Shown: positions 1 to 12,300 of the stretch, in pieces
Numbering within the stretch: the stretch's first letter is position 1
Layout: the number at the start of each line of letters is the position of its first letter
Assembly (NCBI GenBank): GCA_030141605.1
Contig: JAQGDQ010000117.1
Coordinates: forward strand, 310,001 to 374,000
Length of the DNA stretch: 64,000 bases
From: Tubiluchus corallicola
Taxonomy: Eukaryota > Animalia > Priapulida
Direction: 5' to 3'
Program-made: the position numbers and the translations under genes
Notes under the pieces: model-generated
What the model saw: only the letters and a program-made list of their open reading frames with translations
What the model was told of the DNA's origin: nothing
Database searches by the model: none

Positions 1-3000
1 GTCCTAGTATTCCATTGATGGAATAGGAACCGGAAGATCTGTTTATTTGGTTGCTGTCTTGCTGCTGTTGCTGTTGCTGCTGCTGCGCAGGTGGTGCTAA
101 GGTAATTACAGTTGTCGTGTTGCCTGGATTCGGACTGATGGTGTCATGTTGCCGTGGTAACATCTGTGGAGAAATTAATTGTGGATGGTTTTGCTTCGGG
201 CTGTTTGATTGTTCCTGTTGTCCAGATGACTTGTCTCCTAATCTGGCTTTGAGTGCTGCCTGATTTCGGACGATCCTGAAAAATATTTTAAGATCAAATG
301 AAAAGTTATTTTTGTTCTACTTGTTTGAATGCTGGTAAACAAAGAGAGTCAAATTGTGACCTTGTCCTAGTAGAAACAAGAGAATGTTTGCCATTTTACC
401 ATTTTTAAGCTTTTTATCAAGATTATCCCGAAGTTTGTTTTTCGGATTACTATTGAAAATTCAGCTGCTAGTGTTTCAGTCAATATTACAGTTTCTGCTA
501 TTAAAAAAATCTTGCGTTTACAAATTGTCAAGTTCTAGTGTTTTAAAGTAAGTTTCCATATTGTTTTTTATGTCTAGTAGCCTTGATACCCTTTAATACA
601 ACGAAGGATCAGCCTCTGAAAAAACAGTGTTTCCTCAGTTAACTCAGTCTATTACTAACTTGCCAAAACAAATGAGGTATCGGATGTAGATGAATTTTTA
701 TATGTTTATAGGCGTATGGTCTTTTTACAATTTGCAGTACAGTACTATAATATTACAAGGTTCTAAAGATAATATAGTTTGTTTTTATTGCAGTGTAGTT
801 GCTACTTTATTGCAACACAGCAAAACAATACTATCAAAGTGAAGATGAACGAATGTTTCTTACATGTTTCAATGACAGTTTTAGAGGAATTAAAAGTGCA
901 TAAAATGAAAACAACACAAAGATGATGGTTCTATGGGAAAGATATGTGGATGGGCTTACCTAGGAGTATTTTAATGAAAGGTAATGGAAGAATTGAACAA
1001 AGACGTGTAAATTAGAACGCTTACCTGTTAATGGAACTAACACTAGGAACTGTGTCCTTTTCACATATTCCTTCATTGAGTAGTCGATCTCTGATCTCCC
1101 AAGCAAACATAGTCGGATTATCTCGCTTATACTGAGAAATCATCTCAACGACTTCAGGTGTCGCAACCTTTGGCTTACTGCCTCCTATGACACCTGGTCG
1201 GATTGATCCAGTTTCATAGTACCTGACGATGAAATTATTCAATTCAATAAGTTAAAACAGTGATTTCATTATCTTTTATTTTTATGGTGTCTCTTTATTC
1301 TGTGGAAAATAAGTATATTTTTCTTTACCTTCCTAATATCTTGCTCACACAGCCATGGGACACTCGCAGTTGTCTTGAAATATCACACGGACGTACACCA
1401 TTCTGGGCTAGTTCGACAATTCTGGACCTCACCACATCGGGCAAAGGACGTCCATTAACGAAGACACCACCAAGTTGATTTACACCACCATGGCCTGAAA
1501 AATGAATAAGATTGATACAGTTTGATTATGTAGTGATACTAAATAAATAGGGAAGTCTCATGATGGGTAGTTGTCAGCTGGCATCTGGCAGTTATCTATC
1601 TTCAGTAATATATCTCAAAAAAAAATCAAAGTAAAAAACTCTATGACACAGTTGCCTTTCAGAAGTTCAAAGGTTTCAGCTAATAAGGTTACAAAGCAAT
1701 TGTCGTAGTATATTTTCTAGTGTCTATTTGTCTGTTCATCAATATACTGAAAATGAAGAGGGAAGTATACTTTAACCTTCATATGTGCCAGAACTGCTTT
1801 TTCTGTGGTCTGTGACCTTTTTGAAAGGTTAACCCATCACTATTACGGAAGATTCCCTTATGTGAGGTTCACATTTATGTATGGCATATAGACTTAGCCT
1901 GCACATGCTATTATATTACTACTTCCTCCCCCAATCTGAAAATCCCCAACCCAAACCCAAACTCAGTTATAATGGATGCTTTACATAAAAACACTCAAGA
2001 GTGCTCTAAATTATAGTCACTTATTTAGCAATGAAAAAAGAGAAGGAAAATGTAGGGTTTTAACAAGATAAGTTTGTTTTTTAAATTTTTAAATGCTGTT
2101 ATTTCACAAGTTTTTTATAAAGTTAAATAATTCCCTTCATATCAAGCCTTATTTTCATCATCTCTTATATATCAATGGCGCATAAAGCTTTACATTCCAG
2201 CATTACACAACAGGTCTGCTCTGATTAGCTGGTGTCGAGTAGCTTGATGTGCTGGAGAGCGCTTTGCTCAGGTACATGTTGAGTTTAAAGACGCTGTAAT
2301 CTGTATGTTTACTGCTATTGACAATACACTTAAATAATGAAACAGGTTCTACACCTTATAAATGGAGCACATCTTGCCAGAGATGGCATGCTGGGTATTG
2401 TCCAGAGACAGCATTAAATGAAAGGATACACTGCTAGGTATGCACTGAACTTCCTCGAATGTACTGAAAGCCGAGGTGATGTCGAGGGAAAAGCAGAGTA
2501 AGAGTGTGTGAGATTTTGTGTGATGAACTTGCTAGTGTGTGAATGAGAGAGAATGTGGATAGTTGCATGTGCACAACAGAAAAAGGATGTTCAGCGCAGG
2601 GTATTCTTTTCCAGGCATTGGTTTATTTGGAAATTGGATCATTTAATTATAGAAGAAAAATGGTATAAAGAAAAGGTATACAAAATGACTGTCCCAAGAA
2701 ACCAAAAAAAAAAAAATCTAGAAAATTTGTGTCTAGCTGGGGTAGTTTTTAAGCTGCATTTTAAAGGTGCCTAGTAAAATGTAGGCCATCAGTGTATGCA
2801 AACTGACCGAAATTTTATTTCAGGTATCTGCTGCTCAGAAGTGATTTTGCTGGCAGCCACCAGGCCATTTACTAACTAGTTAGCAATTTTTGACTCTAAG
2901 CACACACTGCTATTTGCTTTGCCGTAATATACATGCATTTTATTTAAAACACGTACATTTGAAACAACCCACTAAAAATTGAATGTTGAACGTTGAAACC

Positions 3001-6000
3001 ATTTAACACAAGACTGCCTTAAATTAGATTCGATATGATGATTAGTGTCACTTGAAACTTACAAAGTGTTAGTTTAATTAACAATATGGAATAACCATGT
3101 CTAAAGCTGTGTGCCTTGGGCCAGTTCAGAAAACTTTAAATTTGTTGACCTGTCAAAGCTGTTTATTGAATTTGAGAAGAAACGTAAAGGGTTATTCTGT
3201 CTGTAAAGGCAATGATAATGTATTTCCAGCACATTCTATTTTTACTGTTGAAGTAATCATCTTCCTTACCTGATTTACTTTTGTCCTTGAGCTTCTTCTC
3301 TTTTTCATCTTTAACATTTTCATTGTTCTGATCAGTGAGCGTTTCTAACTGTTCGCTCTGCTGCTGTTGTTGTCCCTGCTGTTGTTGATCTGGCAATGGA
3401 TCATGAACAATGATATGCTGCACCTAAATATGCAAAATGGCAAAACAGTCACTAAACCAGAATTTTTACTTTACTGCCTTACGGGTGATTCAGTCAATTC
3501 TATCATTCAGCCAACCAAGTTGAACAATCAGTCAATTAAATCCACTGGTCTGTTTGAAAGCGGTCAATAAGTTAGTCAGTTCGGATTTTTCAGTTAACCA
3601 GCACAGTACTGTTGAACCTCTATGTTCATTCAATATTAATGTAATTATTGCACATTATAATTATATAAAATTGTGTAACCATTAACCAATCTTAATACAT
3701 CTGCTAAATGTAAATTAGAGAGACACTCATTAGTCAGAACATTAAAGAATCTTACTTGATTCTGTAGATCAGTCTGCCCCGACTCTAACACAGATGGATC
3801 CATAATACGTACGACCTGGACTCCTTGTGGAAGGCCCTGGAGTGCCTGGAAACCAGACAAATTGAGGTTCTGAAGATTTTGTATCTGCACATTCGAAGGT
3901 AACGCCTGTATGTTTGTCAGGGAATTCAGACTTTGTATTGTGGCAAGACTTTGTGGTATTGCTGCATTGATGGAAGCAGTCTCTGTAGTTTCAATCTGTT
4001 GTTGGCTTTGCACATTAGCAAGACTTAATGCTACTGTCTCCATGGAAGCTAAACTCTGAGTTGCCGTTGCCATCTGGCCTTCTTGTAAGTTAATCTGAGC
4101 TGATTGCAAGTCAACCGCTGACTGTACTTGTTGTTGCAGGGTGGGCCAACTAATTACACTTTGTGTTTTGGGTTTGATGAAATGTTTTAAGTCTTCCTCT
4201 ATATTCTGTGCAATGGAAGACTCCGGTGGATTTGGTATGCTGATAAGAGTCTGTGCTACGTCGTGTTGGATTTCACCGTCCATGAAGTGTTGTTTTCTTC
4301 TTCCTCCAGGTAATAAACGATCTAAAAATTACAGGTATATGTAATCTTATACATAAGGAAAAATACATTTGGCAATATTTCTTTACTCCTCTTCTGCTGT
4401 TACATATATTGGGTTTATATCCATAAAGTACTGGTTCAAATACAAATTCACTTTTAACTAATTCACATTTCTTTTTAGTTAAAATTTAACTAAAAATCAT
4501 TTGGTGTCTTATCAGATAGATCTTCAGCTCCAGATGTACCGAATCAGAGAATCATTTTCATTGAGATTATATAGGTTACAATTGTCCAGTTAAATTAAAC
4601 AGAAATAACATCAATGTACAGCAGCAATAAGCAAACAGTATTACTTTGGCAGTTGTTGCTGATTTGATCTATTTAAAGAAAATGTCTTTTTTCAGATTCT
4701 GTAAGAAAGAACGTTCTGATTGAAACAAGTGTAAAACAGAGAGGTTCAGTTTTCCAGTATGGGTAAGTTGTTAAAAATGTTGTCTTCCAAATTGCATTTT
4801 CTTCCTAATATTTATAAAAAGCGGGAAGTATATGAGTTATGAAGTTACTTCTACAAATACATCTGCAAAAAGATGAAATGTTATGTAGAAATCTAATTTA
4901 TACAATTACAAAAATAGTTCAGTTACTTACAAAAATTTAACATAAAGTATTTTTTGAACTGAAATAATTTTGTTTATTTCATATTGGTGTGTAAAAAATT
5001 GTTTTATTTTGTAACATTGTAACATATCATGCATATACTAAAGAGGTTATAAAATAAAAATGCAACAATTCAGAATTCGTTTCAGTAGACAGAAATACTG
5101 TGATTGTAAACAAGAAATTAAAGTGAATAAATGAGATAAAGTATGTCAAGGACATCAAGTAGTCGCCTAACATTGAGAAACATCTAGAAAGCTACTGACA
5201 TGCAGGTAGCATAAAGACAGATGCGATTTTTACTGACATGAAATAGACTGTTGATTCTTATAAAATTCATTGTAACTTTCTACACATGGAAATTTAACAA
5301 AAGTAATTCTATTTATACTGGTTGTAGTTTCAAATATATTTATTTTGATCAAGTGATTTATTCCTTTTAGTTGCAGCAGAATAGACTACAACGTTTTATA
5401 AAATGCGAAAATGAAATAATTTAAATTAGATAAAAACATTTCAATAGCCAACCTCATTCAGATTGTACAAATTTTCCGACGATATATTAGGCATTAATGT
5501 TTTTGTTTTGTTTCATCACCATATATTATAAAAACTCAATTTTTTAATGTATTGTGTTATTATCCTGATACTGCCTGTCTTGTAATATTTCCTGTAAGGG
5601 TAACTAAGAGTCCAAATAAAAGGGGCACAAGAATATGATTTCGTTTTTTTATCAAGAGATTCCATGTTAAGATGCTACTGCCAGTACTGCTTACATACAG
5701 CTCTAGTTTCGAAAGTTCTACAATTATGTGAACTGACTAAAGTGCTTGGTTTCTAAAATGTTGTTTTGTAAAGGAAGTATAAGTATCTACTTGCCTTTGT
5801 TTGTAGTCTGCGCTAGAAGAGGCACTGTATCTTAAAAAATGCAGGTGCAAGACAACCGTTCTTTATACAGGTACAGCAACAGGTGTCTTGACTGCTTTGA
5901 TTTCGGCAGCCCGAAGATAAATTATTAACTGTCTGCTATGAATGACAGAGTACTGGCAAGCCAAACGGGAAATAAAAAGTGAAAAGTTCTTTTTTATAAT

Positions 6001-8466
6001 TCTGTAGTGGCGGGAAATTTAACTGGCATTCAATTTTATTTTCCATTTACAAAGAAAGCGTTTATTTTATATTTTCGTTTCTTGTTGTTATTAACAACAT
6101 CTTCAAACAAATCTTGCTTTAGGGGAAGAAGAACTTGCACTGTCAGCGGCAGATAAGAGAAGATGGAATGTTCTAATAAATGTTAATGCCGCAATGTCTA
6201 CAACAGACAGAATGGGACTTTGAAGATACAGTTATTGGAAGCGTGTATAATTTTTTTGGAAGCGCATTGGAAACCATACCGAGTGCATAGCCAGGCGTGC
6301 CCAAACGCAAAAGAATTTAACCTTGGCCTTGACTTTATTACGTAATGTTGCAGTTATGAAATCGACTGAAAACAGTGAACACACTGCAGCAATTAGGAAT
6401 TAATAATAATAATAATCTGTGCGTTGGGTTGACTAACAGGTGTGTTATTCTTGACGCTTGCACCTGTTTGTTTTGAATTATGTGTTTTAACTCCCGTCGG
6501 CTAATGTAAGTCCACTCCAAGACATTTTTGTGAAATTTATAACTCCTATAAAAGCACTTTCTCTCGAAACTGCATTAAATTTTCAATCCGTTGGCGTCTG
6601 TACAGGTTCTGACTAAAACTTATGTTTTAGAATTAAACGGAAAGACATTTTGCGTCTGGTGACTGCTAACCGTTGAAAGGGCGCAGAATTTGGTGGTTTC
6701 TGCAAACTCATTTGCTGTCGAAGGCGTTGATATTAAGAATTTTTATTTTTGCTTCTCTATTTCTTTCACGATTTATGTCAATCAACAATAGTAGGTGAAG
6801 CGAAACTAGGCAATTTGTATTGATAGTATTGTTACATTCATTTGACTAATCGAGTTAACTCGTTCAGATTTTGGACAAAAATTGAATCTTGAGAAAATTC
6901 AAAAGACTATATGTTACGGCGCGTTAAATTATTTACGATAAGGAACTACGTGTATTATAAATTACTTCAGGTGCATTGGAGCAGGGATTTGTTAATTTTC
7001 AATTCTGGTTTCTTTATTAAAACATAAAGAAATTGCCAATTTTATTTGTAAATAAAATCAACAATTTTGTGTTTTTTAATTAATATAAGTATACACAAAT
7101 TGTTCCCTAAATTTCGAATAGTACTTTACAGGTATTTTTTGGCACAATACACTTCTGCTCTACAGGATCTTTCATTTAGTCAATTCAAAATTAATTAATG
7201 AAACTGTCTGAAACAGCTGTAATTAATTAACTAATTAACGAGAGGTTTGCTACATTTTTTTATTTTCAACAAATGACCGCCTGGTTAATCATCCTACCAA
7301 GTTTCAACTTCATGTCTTAGGGGGAAACCAGCATTTTTAACTTGCAGGTATTTGGCCAATTGAAGCTATATGCTATAAGCTAGCTATCTCAAAGAGCGAT
7401 CTCACTTGGCACTGAAGTCCTGGGAACTACACGAGCGGTGGAACTTTTGTATCGGTACAAAGTCATTGCCCCGAAAAACATTCGCTCTCTTGTTAAATTT
7501 TTCTCTGTGGAACCGTTTAGAGTTTAGCTTGCAACAATATTGGTCAGTTGCTGAGCTTTAAGACGTAAATGTGGATTTCCACGACATGTGAGCAGGAGAG
7601 CAAATAGTCGAGAGATAATAGAAGTTTTGTTGGGTGAAATACTCGCCGCGCGTAACTAAAAGTGAACTACCTACATTCTCGTTTTTTACACTATTAATGA
7701 GATATGACGTGCATGACATGTCCTCACCACATCTGCTTTGTTTCTAAGGGGTTGCATAACAAGTTTTGAGGAAAGGCAATCACAGAAAACTTTAAACCCA
7801 CTAAAGCAGTCAGTTTTAATAATGCAATGTGATTACAACTAATAGTATCAAAGTTGTTAAGTGTGTTCAATTAGACGTTAATAATTGTATTCCCAGATGG
7901 AAGATGAACTTACAGTAATTAATTTAAGAGGCGAGGATTATATTTATACATTATATTTTATTCACACCCAGTAGTAGAATACAGGCATTGATTGAGCTTT
8001 GAAAATTTTAAGAGATACGATATATAGATATTTAATCTAGTAGTACTCTATTGTTTATTGTATAAACGATTATTACTAAAATTAATTGATCAATTATTAA
8101 TAGATTATTAATCAAATTATTAATCAAAATAAAAAAATGAAAATAAAATGTGTATTTTCTGACTGGTCGTACAATTAATCCAATTCTCAATTTCTTGTTA
8201 AATAAAAAATTGTAATAATATTTGAATAATAATTGCATATTTTCAGGACGACCAACTTTCACTTAACACTATTAATAGATTTTATAAATATAGAACAGAA
8301 TACAAATCAGTACAATGTAAATGCCTGACTGGTCGCCCATCGGATTATTAAAGTCCTTTCTGCGCGCTGAGCATTTCAGGTACTACCATCAGCCTAGATA
8401 AGACTCTAACATTTTCAGTTTGTGCTTATTGAACCTTTTAGAAATCGAAAACTTACGTATATCCAT
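1..8466 (-). CDS. Pax2/5/8: Pax2/5/8-family paired-box transcription factor, 5' portion (continues beyond left edge)
   Basis: GT-AG exons on the minus strand: putative 8457-8466 (GCCATGGATATAC|gtaagt; a further in-frame ATG at 8484), 3756-4321, 3270-3423, 1329-1494 ([56 protein letters not shown]), 1025-1222 ([22 protein letters not shown]...VPSVSSINR), 1-275 (IVRNQ...SYSINGILG octapeptide). Phases join in frame. Paired-domain exons are secure; the upstream exons are inferred. Confidence 0.93.
5591..7132. mobile_element. Possible decayed non-autonomous DNA transposon in Pax intron
   Basis: Imperfect terminal inverted repeats: cctgtaagggtaact...aaataaaaggggcacaa versus ttgttccctaaatttcgaatagtactttacagg. 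Confidence 0.35.
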
Positions 8467-8476
8467 GGCGGGTTCT

Positions 8477-8487
8477 TGAAGCATGAC
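8477..8487 (-). promoter_or_regulatory. Candidate paired-domain (Pax) binding site beside the putative Pax first exon
   Basis: Minus strand GTCATGCTTCA matches the GTCAYGCWTSA paired-domain consensus; lies in a locally CpG-richer stretch (~8330-8880) with CRE-like TGACGT motifs. Confidence 0.3.
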
Positions 8488-9400
8488 AGTCAACCTCTAT
8501 ACGTCATCGTACGTAGTAGACTTGTAGCTATCTTTTCCTTATCAGTCTTCTACAACAAACACTCAAACCGTCCGGTTTTAGATATTGGCTAATTTTGTCC
8601 TCATTGTGTTACAGTAATTAGGTAAAGAGTCAAAGTACACTACGGGCCTGATTTGACTTTGAATGTCCCTAATTAACCACATTAATTCCGTGGCATTGTC
8701 ACAGACGCGTCCTTAGAATTATGTACAATGTGACCCATTTCAGCGCGTCTTCTGTACCTTGGGGCTTTTACAGGTACAGTATACCAGACAGACGTACAGT
8801 AGCTACACCTGTGTATAAAGCAGTATGACGTCGCACAAGTTTAAATTACCTGCGAAGGTTACGTGAAAGCGAGTGAAGATAATGTAATTTTTCGCTTTTC
8901 CACCCTTTACAAGCTATTGTTAGACTAATTTAAACATTGAGTACTGAGATCCTGTTGAGTAAGTCCCAAAGCGTTTCCCATAAAAATTAGCCTATTTCTT
9001 TTATTCCCAAAACAATTAAGCATAGTTGATGCGTACTTCATTTTTTGATATTGTTAATTTGTATTACGTAATGTGCGTAACACTGCCTGTTGCACCAAAA
9101 AAATTGGTTTTTTGTAGGCCTACGTCCTGCACATGCTTTGAAAAAAAATATTAATTACTTTGCTAGCAATTAATGTATGTTTATTTAAAAGTTTTCATGG
9201 TTATGTGAGTATTCTAATCTTTTAGTTTACTTGTTAAATTATATTTGAGTAGTATGATGTAATAATGTTAGTTAACCAATGGTAATTTTTGGACATATTT
9301 TTTTAATAAATTAGTTGTTTTGATAATGTATTTTTGGATACCAATTTAGTAAAATAATAAAGATATAGACAATAGGTGGCTTAACGTAATAGTAGTTCAC

Positions 9401-9470
9401 AAGAAAGGTTTGTTAGAAAGGGTATATAGAATTCTAAGAAAGGTTTGTTAGAAAGGGTATATAGAATTCT
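9401..9470. repeat. Perfect 35-bp tandem duplication
   Basis: aagaaaggtttgttagaaagggtatatagaattct x2. Confidence 0.9.
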
Positions 9471-12300
9471 TTGCCAGGGCTTAAAAATGTTACAGTAGAT
9501 CTAAAAATAATTGTATCCGTAATGTACAGTAAGTTATTAATAACAATATTCTGACTCAAAAACAGTGACTAAACACAGCTTTCCTACGTATGCAGGAAAA
9601 ACTAGGTACATTGTAGCCTTAGCTAACATACATTTGGCTTGCGCTACAGCGACTAGAAAGATTAAGTATATATGTACAATAAATAGATTAAGGACTAACT
9701 ACATATACACCAGTAATTGGCTTAACTAGACTTAAAAGCAACAAAATGATTTCATTTAATCCTCAAGATAATTACACATACTGCATGATTTTTTATGTAA
9801 TTTTAGGGATGAAGTCACAATTATCATTTCTTGAGAATCGTCACATATCCAAGGAAGACAACATTATTGTCACTGTGAATCATCATCTTTCAAGTGATCA
9901 ACTATGGCTGAACTGTCTTCATCAGCGACCATCATTGTGAGAAGTTAAGTAAAGTAAAAAGTGATAAAAGGAATAATTATCAGAAGAAATAATTTTTCTT
10001 CTTCATGTTCTTGTTAAGGATGAATATAATTACTAGTTTGACACTAATGTATAAATCTTACCTCGGTCTGCTGGTCCCTTGTCAAGTGTGTCCTAATGTA
10101 TGGATGATCAGCCTTGCGTGCCAGCTCACTTGGTCTGCTGCGACGTTTTCAATCAGATGCTGATGCTGCTTGGATCCCTTCATCCATTAATTCATACCTC
10201 TTCCCTTTCTTTGGCACATTTCACTTAACTTTCTGTCATATTTTTGGATGGATTTCACATTTGATGCAATCTCACATAGATCTGGTCCGAAGTACAGCTA
10301 GCTAACTGTAATGGCGACAACAGTGCATACCTGTGCTATAACTAAAATTGCACAGAGAGAGGACCAATTGCCTGGGGCGTGGAATTTTCCAAAACTAGTT
10401 GTGGTGAGGTCTACGCCCCGTATGCAAGCGATGCGGAACGGACTATTCTTCTCCAAGTCTATTCACAGACAGGATGAAGGAACTACTTAAATTAATAGCA
10501 GTTGCACACATAGAGAATTGTACCTGTAGATCTCTCTCTCTCTCTTTCTGCTGTTATCTGTGGTATCTGTCTGTTAGCTGAACTAGAAGCTCAGTGTACA
10601 GATGTCTTTGGCTACATCCTGTATCTTGCATGCTGTGCACCTGACACCCTACTTGTCTTCTAACAGGATTTCCATTGTCATAAACTGAAGTGTTCAAGAA
10701 ACTGAGATTGGATTAGATTTTGATTTTTCATCAAAGTAAAATTAGGACATTGTCCTGAGGAATTGCCTTACTACAACAAAAGTTTTATTTACTCAATAGT
10801 GTAATTTGTTGTTTTTCTTGCAACAAAATGCCTACAATGCCCAGATGTCCTTTCATGTCTCTTATTGAGATTGGTTAAATTTAGTTGCATTACATATACG
10901 TATATCACTACTTTTGAGCTTTTAAGTAAAATTTCAGTCGTACCTTATTAAATAACAAATAAAAAAACTTGTGTCCTTCCATAAAATGCTAGACATGTAA
11001 TAGTGTTATGGTTAGGAGTGTATTATAGAGTCATCTAGATAATGAATCTCATTTTGACCACCGTCTCCCCTCACTGCTGTTAATGGTCCACATGCATAGA
11101 GGTTCTCTGCTTCATTACCTTCTTTCCGGATGTTCAGATAACTGTACTTATGTGCCTTCCTGTTTCGGTCATTAGCAGTTTATAAAGCTTATCTATCATA
11201 CAAATTGCTAAACAGAATTACCTGCGTCCATCTTTTTTTACGAAACTTCTTTTATTTTATGCTGCATTGTCAAAACTTCATTAATATTGAACTGAATAAT
11301 AGAAACTTATTCTATTATTCTATACGTGTGGTCATTTATTGTCAGATAGTTTATGAAGAAACAATGTGGTTATTTTTATTAAGGCATGCATTCAAACTGA
11401 CTGACGCATAAATCATTACCTCACTATTTTTATATTCACCTACAAGCATATAAATATTCTTGAATATAGGTGAATTAATTGAAATATATTGTTGTTATTC
11501 TTATCATCAAAAAATTAGTAATTTAATAAAGTAGCAAAACCATTTAAATAATTTGCTTGTTATTTACAAATGTTATATTTGTGTCCAGTAACATTAAGAC
11601 TTTTTTGAGAACAAACACTGGTTTTTTATTTCTATACCAGCTAGTAAATTTAGCAACTAGTGGCTTATTTTGTCAATGCTGACATTTTGCCATATTATAG
11701 TGATTACATTAAAAGACATGATAACTTATGAGCAAGTAATAAAGTTGCTTTGCCTCCTCTAGCATAGTTATATTCATCTGAGCAGAATACCTAAAGTAGT
11801 CGTTGCATCGTGTCACCCTCTGGCGCCACTACGCGCTACTATTCGGTGATTTAGACATTCGCTGTTATTATTTTTATTTACTCTTTCTGTATATAAGAAA
11901 TTCACATTTTTGCTGTAAAATAGCCTAAAATGTAGACTACGAAAGTCTAATGTATACTACCAGTGTTACACTGATTTTATTTTAACATGTCCACTGCTTT
12001 CGTTTACATAAAAGCAATAGCACTGATGTCAGAATAAACAATCAAATTTCTCTTATACGGCCACCATAAGCTGCGTAATAATTAACACAGGCTTACTCAT
12101 GTATAGTTACTGTTATTTAGTGGTTTTTAAACTCTGACTCACACAACAATATAACTTTACTGAATTTCTGGCATTTCTTCTTTCCGTAACTTTGTCGCTC
12201 TTCACTCTAATGAAGTAGGTCAAAGTCATATTGAAATGCTAGTAACTTCTTCATTTCAGGGAAATTGAGAGTTTTGAGACGCATTTTCTTGTATTTTACT

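Noticed and set aside
51-263. Cys-rich plus-strand ORF and other plus-strand ORFs overlapping exons (1260, 4141, 19305, 21757, 27253, 34739, 40506, 56266)
   Set aside because: Antisense shadows of real minus-strand exons.
10062-10200. Possible extra Pax coding exon (gtaag donor at 10061)
   Set aside because: No ATG-initiated open frame reaches the donor; could be a UTR exon or retroelement relic but is unsupported.
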